Shown piece after piece: positions 11,135 to 24,085 of a stretch of 64,000 nt of DNA. Each line of letters begins with the position of its first letter. The first letter of the stretch is position 1. Both the position numbers and the translations under genes were made by a program. Source of the stretch: Okamejei kenojei (Eukaryota); assembly GCA_035221665.1 (NCBI GenBank), contig CM069131.1, positions 8,060,001 to 8,124,000 of the forward strand, read 5' to 3'. The notes beneath the pieces are model-generated. The model saw only the letters and a list, made by a program, of their open reading frames with translations, did no database searches and was not told the origin of the DNA.

Positions 11135-11335
11135 AAATGTGTAGGAAAAAACTGCAGATGCTTGGTTAAGTCAAAGATGAGTCCAAAAAATGCTGGAGTA
11201 ACTCAGCGGGACAGGCAGTATTTTATTTTTATTAGCACCGATGCAGTCGTCAATGTAACGGAGGTAGAGTCCGATTTTATTTTCATTAGCAGTGCTGCCC
11301 GTCCCGCTGAGTTACTCCAGCATTTTTTGTCTTCT
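11135..11335. mobile_element. Penelope-like terminal fold-back with spacer
   Basis: GCTGGAGTAACTCAGCGGGAC ... GTCCCGCTGAGTTACTCCAGC inverted pair. Confidence 0.7.
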
Positions 11336-11344
11336 TCAGACTAA

Positions 11345-11905
11345 TTGGGATTAGACATGCTTACAACACTGTTAAAATTACACGTTTTAAAAAGCAGCGA
11401 CTGGACCCTCCCCTCCGACAATGTCTACAACAACCTACCATCTAGTCGACGGCAAGCTACGGGCAAGCTACCGACAACCGGCGATCCATTAGGACGTCCG
11501 CCTACGACCACACAGGCGGCAACCTACGACAACCAACGCCAACCCACGTCCACCCGCGACAAGCTGCGACAAGCGACGACCCTGTCAGCGACAACTGAAG
11601 ACAATTCAGTCGCCGGTACCTGTCGCCGGTTGACGTAGGTGGCCGCCAATGGAATTCACCAAAGTCAGCACCCGGCGACAACCAACGTCATCCTGGCGAC
11701 ACCCTACGACAGCACCTACGTCATGAGAACACAAGCTAGGTCAAGCCCACAGTCGCAGAAAGGTTTTGAACATTTCAAAATCCAGCGGCGACCAGAAAAA
11801 AGTTACGACTCTTTAGGCGACTTGAGGGGACAACTCACGACCATACAGGCGACAGCACAGTCGCCTGCAGTCGCTGAAAAAAATCACCTAAGTGGGACAG
11901 GGGCT
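11345..11905. mobile_element. PIF/Harbinger MITE fragment (right end)
   Basis: Ends AAGTGGGACAGGGGCT followed by TAA; ACGAC-rich interior similar to 36058-36476 and 53149-53330. Confidence 0.7.
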
Positions 11906-12115
11906 TAAGTATTTTAAATTGTACATGGTCCCAGGGTGTTCCCCATGAAGATGTTAAATTCTAGATGGCATAGCTTTAAGGTGAGAGGGGCAAAGTTTAA
12001 TATAGATGCGGCTATGTTTTTTTTTACTTAGAAGATGGTGGATACATGGAACACTCTGCTGTGGGTGCTGGTGGAGGCAGATGTGACAGGCTTTTAAAAG
12101 ACTTTTAGATATGAA

Positions 12116-13247
12116 CTAGACTAAGTGGGACCCGTTGGGTCCCATGTTCACACGGGAGGGCTGGTCCCCCAACGCAATATCCCACCTCTCCACCAGTTCC
12201 AATATTGGTGGCCAGTGGGGGGGCTTTCTGGAGCGCTGGTATGGGTTCTTGGGGTGGCAGCTCAGTCCCTCAAGCCTGATGTGCTGACAGCTCACTCACG
12301 GCTGGTGGGCTGGCAGTTGACTCATGGCTATTCCTTGAAATTCCATTTCAAGCAGGGTGCAAGGCCACCAAATTCAAATGCACCTTCATACCATTTCTTG
12401 CAGGGTGCAACAACACCACCACATTCAAATGCAGTTTCATACCATTTCAAGCAGGGTGCAAGGCCACCACATTCAAATGCAGTTTCATACCATTTCAAGC
12501 AGGATGGAACCACCATAAAACCACACAAAACACCAAACTCACAGTTCAGTAGACATTCAGTGTGTTGATTCACAGCTCAGACAGAGTCATGACCTCTCCC
12601 TCCCCCATCATGCAGAGACTGAGCCACGCCCACACTTCCGGATGTTATAACCCCTCCCCCTCCCACCGGAAAAGGTGCGGCCTTCATGGCGTGATTGACA
12701 GGAGAGAGATTCTCAACATTTTTTACACCCTAATAACAATTTTATTTTTCATTGATGAGAAGAATCCTCTGCACCTGCTGAGTGCAGGGGGACTGAGTAA
12801 GATAACCAAAAATCACAGCCGTAAGTGGTAGCGTTTTATCTAAAATCAATATACAGTGCAAACAGGAAGTTACCCAAAGTACCCAAACCACAATTTGCAG
12901 TAGTGCCTTTTAACTTCAACCCAAAGCACCCAAGCCACCATTTGCAGTAGTGCCTTTTAACGTCAACCCAAAGCACCCAAACCAGACTGAGTGAGGCACA
13001 CCACTTCCGGGTTATATAGTCCCTCCCCCTCCCACCAGCAGGGGCAGCAGAGAGAATGGCAAATTTAAAAAAAACATTAATATCTCTCTGATTTTTCATC
13101 GATGGGAAAAGTCCTCCGGTCCAGGAAGGCGGAGGTTGACTCTGAGCGAGGTGGCCAAAAATGACGGACGTAGGTGGCAGCATTCTCTCGGAAATCACAG
13201 CAGAGCGAGCCAAAAGCGGTCAAGATCAGACTTTTAGTAATATAAGA
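12116..13247 (-). mobile_element. Non-autonomous Helitron with an internal ~48-bp tandem repeat
   Basis: CTAGACTAAGTGGGACCCGTTGGGTCCC 3' hairpin end and TC 5' end; repeats of CCATTTCAAGCAGGGTGCAAGGCCACC at ~12340-12510. Confidence 0.8.
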
Positions 13248-13352
13248 TAGATATGTAAGGAATGGAGGATTACATGCAGGCAGAGGGGATTAGTTCATAA
13301 GTGATAGTAGCAGAATGAGGCCATTCGGCCCATCAAGTCCCGCCGCACATAT

Positions 13353-13648
13353 GGGTCGGCACAATGGCGCAGCAGTAGAGTTGCTGCCTTGGGTTCGATC
13401 CTGACTACGGTTGCTGTCTGTACGGAGTCTGAACGTTCTCCCCGTGACCTGCGTGGGTTTTCTCCGAGTTCTCGGTTTCCTCCCACACTCCAAAGACATA
13501 CAGGTATGTAGGTGAATTGGTTTGGTAAATGTAAAAATTGTCCCTGGTGGGTATATGATAGTGTTAATGTGCAGGGGTCGCCGATCGGCGCAGACCCAGT
13601 GGGTAAGTTACTTTAGACCTCATCTCTAAAGTAAAAAACTAAACTAAG
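13353..13648 (+). mobile_element. HE1-type V-SINE
   Basis: tRNA-like A/B boxes (TGGCGCAGC, GGTTCGATCC), V-domain GTTCTCCCCGTGACCTGCGTGGG, (AAACT)n tail. Confidence 0.85.
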
Positions 13649-15009
13649 TCCACTCTGGCATTCAATCATGGGTGATCTATCTTTCCCTCCTAACCCCATT
13701 TTCCTACCTTCTCCCCAAAACTGCTAACACCACTGCATGTTCATGTGTCTATCTGAGAGCCTCTTAAACACCACTATCATTTCTGCCCCCACCACCACCC
13801 CTGGCAGCGCACTCTAGGCACCCAAAACTCCTCTGCATAAGAAATTGCCCCTCAGATCTCCTTCAAACTTTGCCCCTCTTATCTTAAAGTTATGCACTCT
13901 AATCTTTGATATTACCATCCTGGAAATGAGTTTAACGTTTGGCAGGGACATAGCATGCCGAAGAAAAGACACAAGATGCTGGAGTAACTCAGCGGGATAG
14001 GCAGCATCTCTGGAGAGAAGGAATGGGTGACGTTTCGGGTCGAGACCCTTGTGCCGAAGGGCCTGTTCCTGTACTGTTCTATGTTTTATGTTCTAAACCA
14101 TGGCTAATGATGGATTTACACCACTTGTAGCATGGCTTGTTTTATTATAGAAAACATAGTCTAAATGGCCACAGGACGGAACTCAATCCATAAGCTATTC
14201 TGAAAACATTTGCATCTGATAAGTCAGCATGGATGGTATTTCACGGCTTGCATATCCTTCTGCACTTTACACGACTATGAAACTTGAAACCTTCCTTCAG
14301 TGACCGTCTTCGTAGGTTAACATACGCTGCAACACATGCAGCTTGCAAGAGCTTTCAGTCATTGTCTCCTTTTTGCTTCTAACAAATATGAAACTTGGGA
14401 AGCCTCCTAAACAAACGCTGCTGAGAAGTGGCTGTAGAAATGGCACAAAAAACAGCACCAATTGCCACAAAAGGCAAAAAATAAAACGTCACTTGTGAGT
14501 GAATAAAATCTCACTTCCGGACAACAAACTTAATGAGTCCAAGATCCAGGTTTACGAGCCAGCCATTCAACCCAAGACTTCTAAATCCACTAATCCCCCC
14601 CAAACCCTGTAACTGCCAGGAAGTTTGCATATCCCATCTGATTGTCCTGAACAATCCCAAACTAGTTGGCTGCTCCTCGCCAGGCTTTTACTGACTGCAA
14701 TCCAACTTTGTATTCTGCAAGGCCTTCGAGCTACGGGGGATCCGTTTAGTGAAAAGCCACAGTACTGACAGGCTGGAGAAGGTGCCCACCAAAACTGCCT
14801 TCCATCTGGCCTGGGAACAGGATTTCCAATGAGGACCAATGGCTACGAGATGTGAGGCAGAATTTGGAAGCAAAGCAAGAATTTCAGGTTTTTCTCACGA
14901 ATGTTTAAGAATATTTACATTGATTATTATTATTTTTTTAATCACAATTGTCACATTGATTTTCTCCTTTAATTTCTTTTTTAATGTTTCTGTTTACCAA
15001 AGATCGAGT

Positions 15010-15608
15010 TATAGAAACATAGAAAATAGGTGCAGGAGTAGGCCATTCGGCCCTTCGAGCCTGCACCGCCATTCAATATGATCATGGCTGATCATCCAAC
15101 TCAGTATCCTGTACCTGCCTTCTCTCCATACCCCCTGATCCCTTTAGCCACAAGGGCCACATCTAACTCCCTCTTAAATATAGCCAATGAACTGGCCTCA
15201 ACTACCTTCTGTGGCAGAGAATTCCACAGATTCACCACTCTCTGTGTGAAAAAAAATCTCATCTCAGTCCTAAAAGACTCCCCCCTTATCCTTAAACTGT
15301 GACCCCTTGTTTTGGACTTCCCCAACATCGGGAACAATCTTCCTGCATCTAGCCTGTCCAACCCCTTAAGAATTTTGTAAGTTTCTATAAGATCCCCCCT
15401 CAATCTTCTAAATTCCAGCGAGTACAAGCCGAGTCTATCCAGTCTTTCCTCATATGAAAGTCCTGACATCCCAGGAATCAGTCTGGTGAACCTTCTCTGT
15501 ACAAGAATGGCAAGAATGTCTTTCCTCAGATTTGGAGACCAAAACTGTACGCAATACTCCAGGTGTGGTCTCACCAAAACCCTGTAGAACCGCCCTGCTA
15601 TACTCAAA
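15010..15608 (-). mobile_element. CR1/HER1 LINE 3' fragment
   Basis: ORF 15101-15607 LVRPHLEYCVQFWSP...SYEERLDRLGLYSLEFRRLRGDLIETYKIL...LWNSLP. Confidence 0.95.
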
Positions 15609-16026
15609 TCCTATATTATCAGCCTAGATGCCTGGATTAGATGGGGATTAATGTTGTTTTTAGGTACATTGTGAGTTAGAAGCTTTCCTGTGCCTGCATA
15701 CTCATTGCCGAACTGGAGATTTGTTACTGCGCTGTAAGAAATAATATAAAAAAAGCCTAATTCAGAAATAAACCCCGTTTTTTTTTAAACAAGCTGCTGA
15801 TTTGCACCACAATGTAGGGTTATTGTGTTATTGGGAAGCATTAACCCAGCTACAGTTTTCAAATGATTAATCTCTGAATTGCATTTTCCATTGTTCATGA
15901 ATGCATCAAAAGACGCATTTTGTGGGCAATTGGCGTTGGGGAAGGAAAGCTTCCAAGCTGCTGTTCTTTACAACCAACAACAAGGCAGTGGAGGCCAATT
16001 CACTGGATGTTTGCAAGAGAGAGTAA

Positions 16027-16589
16027 AGGGCCTGTCCCACTTGGGCGACCTAATCCGCGAGTTCTGGCGAGTTTGCCCTCGACTCATACTCGCAGCATGG
16101 TCGACACGAGGTCCTAGGAGGTCTTTGTAACTCTCCTTCATGCTCGAGAGTGGTCCCCGCGTACTCGAGGCCTCAGCTAGGTCGCGGCGTATTTGGCAAC
16201 AGGCTGAAAAAATGCCCGCGAGTTAAAAAAGGTCGCCATGGAAAAAAATCGATACTTTTTTTACTCGTATGTTTAGTCGAAGTAGGCGGTTGTAGGTTGT
16301 GGTAGGTCGGCATGTTAGTCGTAGGTAATCGAGGGTAGTCGAAGGTAGTCGTAGATAGTCTTCATCATAGTCAAAGGAGGTCGTCTTCACTCTCCACTAT
16401 TCGGTGTCCAATTTTCCCGAAGTTAGTCGTAGCTAGTCGAAGCTAGTCGAAGCTGGTCTTCAACATAGTCAAATGCGGTCGAAGGAGGTCTTCTACATAG
16501 TCGAAGGAGGTCTTCAACATGTCATTTTTTCAAACTCTCCTAAACTCTTCTAAACTCGCCTATTAGGTCGCCCAAGTGGGACAGCCCCT
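16027..16589. mobile_element. PIF/Harbinger MITE
   Basis: TIRs AGGGCCTGTCCCACTTGGGCGACCTAAT / ATTAGGTCGCCCAAGTGGGACAGCCCCT, flanked by TAA/TTA. Confidence 0.85.
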
Positions 16590-17540
16590 TTAGATATAGC
16601 TCTGAGGGCTAACGGAATCAGGGGATGCGGGAAAAAAGCTGGAACGGGGTACTGATTCTGGATGACCAGCCATGATCGTATTGAATGGCGGTGCTGGCTC
16701 AAAAGGTCGAATGGTCTACTCCTGCACCTATTATCTATGCTTCGTTTTAATAAACCCAACTGCGTTTCGCGGTGAATGGGCCACATGGATGCAGCTAGTG
16801 AGGCTGCGCACAGCATTTCTACATCAGAGGAAACAACAACCTTCATCCCATTTTTGATGCAATAATCACAGGTTGGTGTTGATTGCCGTCTTGTTACTAC
16901 AGAAACCTTCCCCTCAGTTTTTAAAATCACCTGATAGAATAATTTAGTATCACATTTTACATGGTAGCATGAAAGGGGAGGAATTCTAGTCAATTCTAAT
17001 AACATAGTGCCGACCCGATAATGGTAATGTGTGCCTATTAAGTTGTCCAGGACACTGAAACAACAGGGACTTTTTTTGGCTATCAACTAAACTCGTTCTT
17101 CTTTGTGAACTGTTTACAGTATCTGCAGCAGAGATAGATGCAAGTGAGAATCATGGAATCAATAATAAAAACTGAAAATACAGGTGCGCTACCATTTGAG
17201 AGAAAAAGCTTTACATCTGCCTGTCCCGCTGAGTTACTGCAGCTTTTTGTGTCCATCTTCGGTTTAAACCAGCATCTGCAGTTGCTTCCTACACATTTCA
17301 TCTGCTCTACTGCGAAATCTCCTCGAGATATGTCTACTATGAAGAAGTTCTCCTCCTCTCTCCGATGGGAGCTCTGCAACACCCTCTGTCGCTGCTCCCC
17401 CTCTGTAATTCCTCCTGCTCTCTGACTCTACAACTTATTTACACATCTTTCATTAATGTGTTCTATATCTCTCCACATCACTGTCTATATCTCTCGATTC
17501 CCATTCCCCGTCGCCAGCAGTTGCCTAAAAAATCACCAAC

Positions 17541-17740
17541 ACTATCCTACACACACCAGGGGCAATTTTTACATTTACCAAGTAATTTACCTGCATACCT
17601 CGGAGTGTGGAAGGAAACCGAAAATCTCGGAGAAAACCCACGTACAGCGTACAAAACTCTGTACAGACAGCACCCGTAGTTGGGATCGAACCCGGGTCTC
17701 CGGCGCAGTAAGGCAGCAGCTCTACCGCTGCGCCACCGTT
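17541..17740 (-). mobile_element. HE1-type V-SINE
   Basis: Reverse complement of the SINE head and V-domain. Confidence 0.8.
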
Positions 17741-18252
17741 CTCATCAGGAAAACACTCCTCCCCCTACTCTGACTGTCTCTCGTAAAGCCAACTTAAAGG
17801 CAGCACGCAAATATACAAACACAAAGACCAATGGCTCAAGTTATCCATGCCTACCAAATCTCCTCTCTCCTAATATGGCAACATCACATATACATTTTTT
17901 CAGGCAATCTGATGAGAAACAAACAGGCGTGCCTATAACAACAAAGGGAAATCAAGCTAAGTTGCACAAGAACATGATAATTCATCACTCGTCAACCAAC
18001 CAAGTCTCAGTCAGAATTTTTCTTTTAATTCAGCAGGTCAACTGTAAGTCCACGTCACATACTCCTAACAAGTTCCAGTAAAAAAGGATTTTACTGTAAT
18101 ACTTATACTGTACTGTGATGCCGTAGAAAGCATTTTATCAAGTCCCAGCCCAAAGTGGCAGCTGTTCATTCCACCCTGATCCGCTGAGTTCCTCCAGTAC
18201 TTTGTGTTTTGCTCAAGATTCCCGCAAAAAAAAAAAAAAAAAAAAAAAAAGC

Positions 18253-18800
18253 ATTTTATCAGGATGCACCACAGCTTGGTTTGGGAACAGCTCCATCCAA
18301 GACCACAAGAAATTGCATCGAATTGTGGACGCAGCCCAGACCAGCACGCAAACCAACCTCCCTTCCTTCCATTGGCTCCATTTATACCTCACGCTGCCTC
18401 GGCAAGGCCAGCAGCATAATCAAGGACGAGTCGCACCCTGGCCACTCCCTCTTCTCCCCTCTCCCATCGAGCACAAGGTATAAAAGTGTGAAAACGCACA
18501 CCTCCAGATTCAGGGACAGTTTCCTCCTAGTTGTTATCGGGCAACTGAACCATCCTACTGCAACTGGAGAGCGGTCCTGAACTATTATCTATCTCATTGG
18601 GAATTGTTGGACTATCTTTGATCGGACTTTACTTGCTTTATCTTGTATTAAAAATGTTATTCACCTTATTCCCTTATCATGTATCTGTATACTGTGGATG
18701 GTCGTTTGGAATCATGTATTGTTCTTCCGCTGACTGGTTAGCAGGCAACAAAGATTTTTTAGTCTACCTTGGTACACGTGACAATAAATTAAAATAACTA
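18253..18800 (+). mobile_element. Rex1 LINE 3' end (second subfamily)
   Basis: ILSGCTTAWFGN...SIIKDESHPGHSLFSPLPS...RFRDSF; 3' UTR ending GGTACACGTGACAATAAA, also seen at 39945-40080 (-) and 52530-52675 (+). Confidence 0.85.
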
Positions 18801-19374
18801 AGCAACAACTTTGAGGGAAAAAAAGATATATTCTGGCATAATAATCTACTGTTTGCTTTAGGGTTATTTTAATCTACTTTCTGCCTCAATTAACATATCC
18901 AAACGGACAAAATTCAATTTATTAACAATCTTAAAAAGTTAGGGAGTAAATATTCAACTCCCTGCTGCCACTTTTGTTGAAAATAAATAATAGCGAGCCA
19001 ACAATTGGATGTCCAGCCATTCGGATTTCATGTAGAAGATCATTTAAGTGCCAAGATCTTCTCCAAAAGGAAAGGGTTGGGGCCTTGTTAATGTATGCAA
19101 GTCAGAGATAAAAAGGGCCATTTTGACCTCAATGCTTTTACTTTGGGGAGAATGATCCTACATCCTATTCCTCAATCAGTTCATAATCTTTCAACCTATC
19201 TCAGTTAAAATACTACAAAAGAAGGGTCTCGACCCGAAACGTCACCTATTCCTTCGCTCCATAGCTGCTGCCTCACCCGCTGAGTTTCTCCAGCATTTTT
19301 GTCTACCTTCTTTTTGCACTGGATCACTTTATCAACTCAAGATAATTTTAAGGTGTGATGAAATGTGTAAGAGT

Positions 19375-19402
19375 CTGAAGAAGGGTCTCCACCCGAAACG
19401 TC
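19375..19402 (+). ncRNA. Minimal type-I hammerhead ribozyme motif in a Penelope tail
   Basis: CTGAAGA-A-GGGT CTCC ACCC-GAAA-CGTC; palindromic ACGT helix III; GTC cleavage triplet. Confidence 0.65.
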
Positions 19403-20562
19403 ACCCATTCCTTCTCTCCAGAGATGCTGCCTGTCCCGCTGAGTTACTCCAGCATTTTGTGTCTATCTTGGCACTGCACCAATTGGAGTATGTGACAATA
19501 AAATGTCCTTTGTCCTTTGTCCATCCACTGTAGGGCTGAGATAGACCAGTCTACGTCTTCCTCCATTTGTTGCTGCTCCACCTTCTTCCAGAAGGGAATC
19601 GGCTTCCATGGAGAAAGGGAAACGCCGACTTTGAGAGCCGTTGAAGAGTTAGGACAGCTGTTCTTTAAAGTTATCCGATTTGACAGAGGTTTCTGTAAAA
19701 TTTCTTGCAACAAGACCCGGGGTCTGCTCTGGCACACGTATCACAGGCAAGGATATCACTGACCCAAGATCACACTTGTCTTCTTTACCCCTCACTTCCT
19801 TCAGATTGCCACAAGGGAAATCAATACTAACCAGACTGTAATGTATGCGTCCACTACGGACAACATTCCATCAACATTCCACTCCCTGCCTGCTGCCAGA
19901 ACACTTTTTTTATCTTCCTTTCATTCGCCATTTTAAGTTATCTCACCCTTTGACCTTGCCTTGCAAATGGAAGGCTTGATGTTTTGATGACCGTGTTTCC
20001 TTTGAGTTGGGGTAATGAATTCCCCTCAGGAATCCAAGCTTAACGGCAAGGCCTCTCCACAATCAGATCGATGGTTCGAATAGATCAGACACCGAGAAAC
20101 TCAACAGATGACTCTAGGCCGGGTCGCAACGGATAGCGCACTGCAATGCAGTTCACACAGAATGATCCATCTTTCATGTCTCGGTTGCATCCCAATGTAA
20201 TCCTGTTGCATAACGGGGACAACACGTGCGGTTAGCATTGGATGAGAGGGAGAAGGTAATCGTAAAATAGCCAGGCAATGGGTCAGCTCCAAAGCTTGCT
20301 TGTAATCATCGCTCTCTGGCAGCGGGACAGCAGCTCAACACAGGCAGCTTTGGCTGCCCATTCCCAATTTTGGCGGCCCTGTTCAACATTATTCAAAATC
20401 CAGCTACCCCCAAATAAACTGCAATTGGCCAAAGACCAAATAATATTTTTCTGTCCCTTCTCACTGCAGATGGTGGGGACACCAGCCAGCAGATGAGTGG
20501 TCGTCACATGCAAAAAATTCTAATTCACTTTCTCTCCAGCCAAATTCACACCAACTAATAAT

Positions 20563-21140
20563 AGTGGTGCAGCGGTAGAGTTGTGCCTTACAGCGCTAGA
20601 GACCCGGATTCGATCCCGATTATGGGCGCCGTCTGTGTGGAGTTTGCACGTTCTCCCCGTGACCTGCGTGGGTTCTCTCCGAGGTCTTCAGTTTCCTCCT
20701 ACACCCGAAAGACGTACAGGTTTGTAGGTTAATTGGCTCAGTATAAGTGTAAAATTGTCCCTCGTCTGTGTATCATCATCACCGTTGAAAACATCAACGG
20801 GCACGCCGTGATCGCAACTTCTACTGAAGTGCGGATGGCCGTTGGCTCGCTAGAAGCAAATCCGCCCGTTGACAGGTCTTGTTTTTGGTCCTGCTGGGGG
20901 TCCACAGCCCCCTCCTCACCCGGGGAAACCAGGTGGGGGAGACGGTTTAGTCGCCGACTATCCGACCATGGAGCAGGTAGCGCGGGTTTACATGGTACCC
21001 GTGGCGTGGGGAGCTCTCCCCCCCCCCCTGACCTGAATGTGTAGGATGGTGTTAATGAGTGTGGATCGTTGGTCAGTGCGGACTCAGTGGGCCAAAGGGC
21101 CTGTTTGTGCGTTGTTTCTGTAAACTAAACCAAACTAAAC
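20563..21140 (+). mobile_element. HE1-type V-SINE split by an insertion at 20773-21037
   Basis: SINE head and V-domain to 20772; the tail resumes at 21038. Confidence 0.85.
20773..21037 (-). mobile_element. Short structured retroposon with (TGA)n tail, possibly a bipartite RTE derivative
   Basis: TSD TGTGTA (20767-20772 / 21038-21043); stem-loop CCGTTGA/TCAACGG just before the TGATGATGA tail. Confidence 0.6.
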
Positions 21141-21761
21141 AATCAACCTGTGCAAGCCCACAGTTCTCTTTACTCTACTCTAGTGGCTCGGAGAGTTGCT
21201 TCCCAGTAGTTTTGTGATAGGAGGTAATAGATGGATCCAGTGTTTCTTTTTGTACATAAAGAGATGGTGCTGTGCACAAATGATAAGAGTACATGCTGCC
21301 ACACTCGCTGAGTTACCCCAGGTTTTTGTGTCTTATCTCCGGTTGAAACCAGCAGCTGCAGTTCCTTCACAACAATACATGTCATGTGGTCGAAAAGCAA
21401 AATTTTAGAGGTACCTGTATTCGCACAGAAAAAGCACTGGATGGATCAAAGCTCACGAGACAATTAAAGTCACCAACTTCCAACAGCTTATTTTTCCACA
21501 ACTCACAGTTTCCAGGAATGGTCTGACTCACCTCGCCATTTGACAGCACAACCAACATAACTTGAAGATAGACACAAAAATCTGGGGTAACTCAGCGGGA
21601 CAGGCAGCGTCTCTGAGGAGAAGAGATGGGTGACGTTACGGGTCAAGACCCTTCTTCAGACCCGTAACCCATCTTGACCTGTAACCACACCCATTCCTTC
21701 TCTCCAGGGATGCTGCATGTCCGGCTGAGTTACTCCAGCATTTTGTGTCTATCTTCGGTTT

Positions 21762-23053
21762 TGTAGATTACTAATTAATTATTAATTCATGCCATTCATA
21801 ACCTTCACCACACAAATGTGCATGCCACCCTTTACAGGGTATTACGGTACTACACAAAGACTCTCTCTCTCTCTCTCACTCGGGCACACTAGTTAGTAAG
21901 CCAGACGCAATCAGCTGGCTGTTGAAATGCTCCAGTGTATTTGATGGAATAAAGTTGGATTTCACCATGAGTGTGTTTTTATATTTGGGCTGCCGATAGA
22001 CATGGTGTCAGAAGTGGGATTGGATAACTGACGGCGCACAAAGTTGTGGTTCTAGTATTTGCTTGGCCATCGGCAGAGTGGAGCGGGTTCGCCGTGACAT
22101 GAGCCGTTCGGCTGTAGATCCCAGGAGAGGGTCGCGTACAATGTTCCGAAGGTTGAGTAAGTCCAGATAAGCATCGGGGCCGGCCCCGTGTGAGCGTTCC
22201 ATTAGTTCTTTTGCACTTTTTACCGGGCGCTCAGCCAGGCCGTTAAGACTGCGGGTACTCGGGGCTACTGGTAAGGTGGTGAAAGTCCCAGCTTTTCACG
22301 AAATTCCTGAAGAGCTGACTGGAGAACTGAGATCCATTGTCTGAGAGTAGCTGTAGGGGGGCTCCGTGGACAGAGGGGTGGCGAGTTAGTTTCTGAATGA
22401 CCATGGCTGAGGTCGGGCTACTGAGCAGGTCGATTTCGAACCATCCTGAGTAGGAATCAACCAGAACCAGGTATTGTTGGCCTGCCGCTCGAAGATGTCG
22501 GCTGCCACTGCGGACCAGGGTAACTGCGGCGTGGGGTGTAAGAGGAGGGGTCGCTTCTGTTGGTGCGGGGTCAAGCTATTGCAGATCGGGCAGGCAGCAA
22601 CCTTCTCTAGAATGTAGCTAGCCAGGTCTGGCCAGAACACCATTCCTTTCGCATGTTGAAGGGTTATTTCTGTGGCTGATGGCCCCCATGGACAATGTCA
22701 AAGTACGAGCTGTGAAGAGACGTCGGGATGACCGCCTTGTGTCCTTTCATTATCACGCCGTCCTGAATGACCAGTTCATCACGTCCGTTGTTTGTCCGGC
22801 CAGCTGTGGCGGATGACGGTCAGCGGCCAGCGACTGTAGCGTTTTCTCTGCAGCTGTTTGCGACACTAGGATGTCTAAAGCGGCAGATGGGCGGCAGGAA
22901 ACCATCATAACCGTGTACCCCTCGTGCTCATCATCAGACAGGTGATTTTCGCAGGTTGGGCGAGGTGCCCGTGAGAGGGTGTCAGCTAAGTGCACGTCCT
23001 TGCTCCATGGAATAACCACGAGTGCGTGTTTATTATTGGGCCGCCGATAAACA
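21762..23053 (+). mobile_element. Gypsy (Mag-like) LTR retrotransposon remnant with inverted interior
   Basis: TG...CA LTR 21762-22002; tRNA-Leu PBS TGGTGTCAGAAGTGGGAT 22003-22020; 3' LTR stub ~23010-23053; 5-bp TSD GGTTT. Confidence 0.85.
22021..23000 (-). pseudogene. Gypsy pol fragment (end of RNase H and integrase), frameshifted
   Basis: LADTLSRA; CPIC zinc finger; PQLPWSAVAADIFE; SDNGSQF; TSSPEYP; LLNLRN...AERLMSRRTRSTLP. Confidence 0.9.
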
Positions 23054-24085
23054 GGTTTAAATCAGCATTTGCAGTTCCTTCCTACATAACATAACTTGAA
23101 GCACAATCAAAGGTCCATACTGATACCATCGTGAGTGAAAACAAGAATTTCAAATTTCCAATGCAGGACTGAACTACCACTGAGCTGCTTTCAGTAATCC
23201 TAGCCATATCTGTAGGGACAGCAGGCTGGAGAGCACGTCGGAGCTCGGGGACATACGTCACTTAGCGGCTCGTAACGCTAACGGCAGGTACTCAGGAAAC
23301 ACAGTAAGCTCGGGAAGACTCGTGAAGATTTTTCAACATGTTGAAAAATGTCCACGAGAGCCCCAAGTATCGTCCACGAGAGTCCCGAGCGGCCATTACC
23401 GTAATTCTCCGAGTTCGAAACTCGGGAGAACTCTTTGAATGAACTCGTAGAGTGGGACAGGGCTTTTAGAAACAGTTAGACAAGTACATGGATTGGACAA
23501 GTTTGGAGGGACATGGACCAAACGCAGGCGGGTGGGACGAGTGCAGCTGGGACATGTTGGCCGGTGTGGGCAAGTCGGGCCGAAGGGCCTGTTTTCACAC
23601 AGTATCACTCTATGAGTCGTACAGGGATGTGCCAAAGGGACGTGCAGTGGTGCCAGATGTTACCTCCACAGGTGAACACCCTCTCCAGTGTTACCTGCAG
23701 GGTGTCAAGACAAATCACTCAAATCGGCAAATGCAGAATATTGTAATCACGTATCGTCTTTTCAATGACTGGATTGCACACAACACACAAGCTTTTCTCT
23801 GTATCCAAGTTCACGAGGCAATAATGATAAACTGAACTAAACTATTCCTGTCACGCTCTGAGATGCTGTGCAGTTTCCTCACTCAAATGGGTGAGAGATA
23901 CATTAAACTTACAAGAACATTGGAAACGGGACCATAAATACTAGTCACACAAGAGATGGCTAAGCTTTCAAGAGTATAATTTCATGATAATCGGAGAGTT
24001 GTGCCATCTTCATGGTAACGTCAACTTCAAGATGACAAGGCACAGTGTTGTTCTAACAGTCATTCAATTATATCTTTATTACCTT

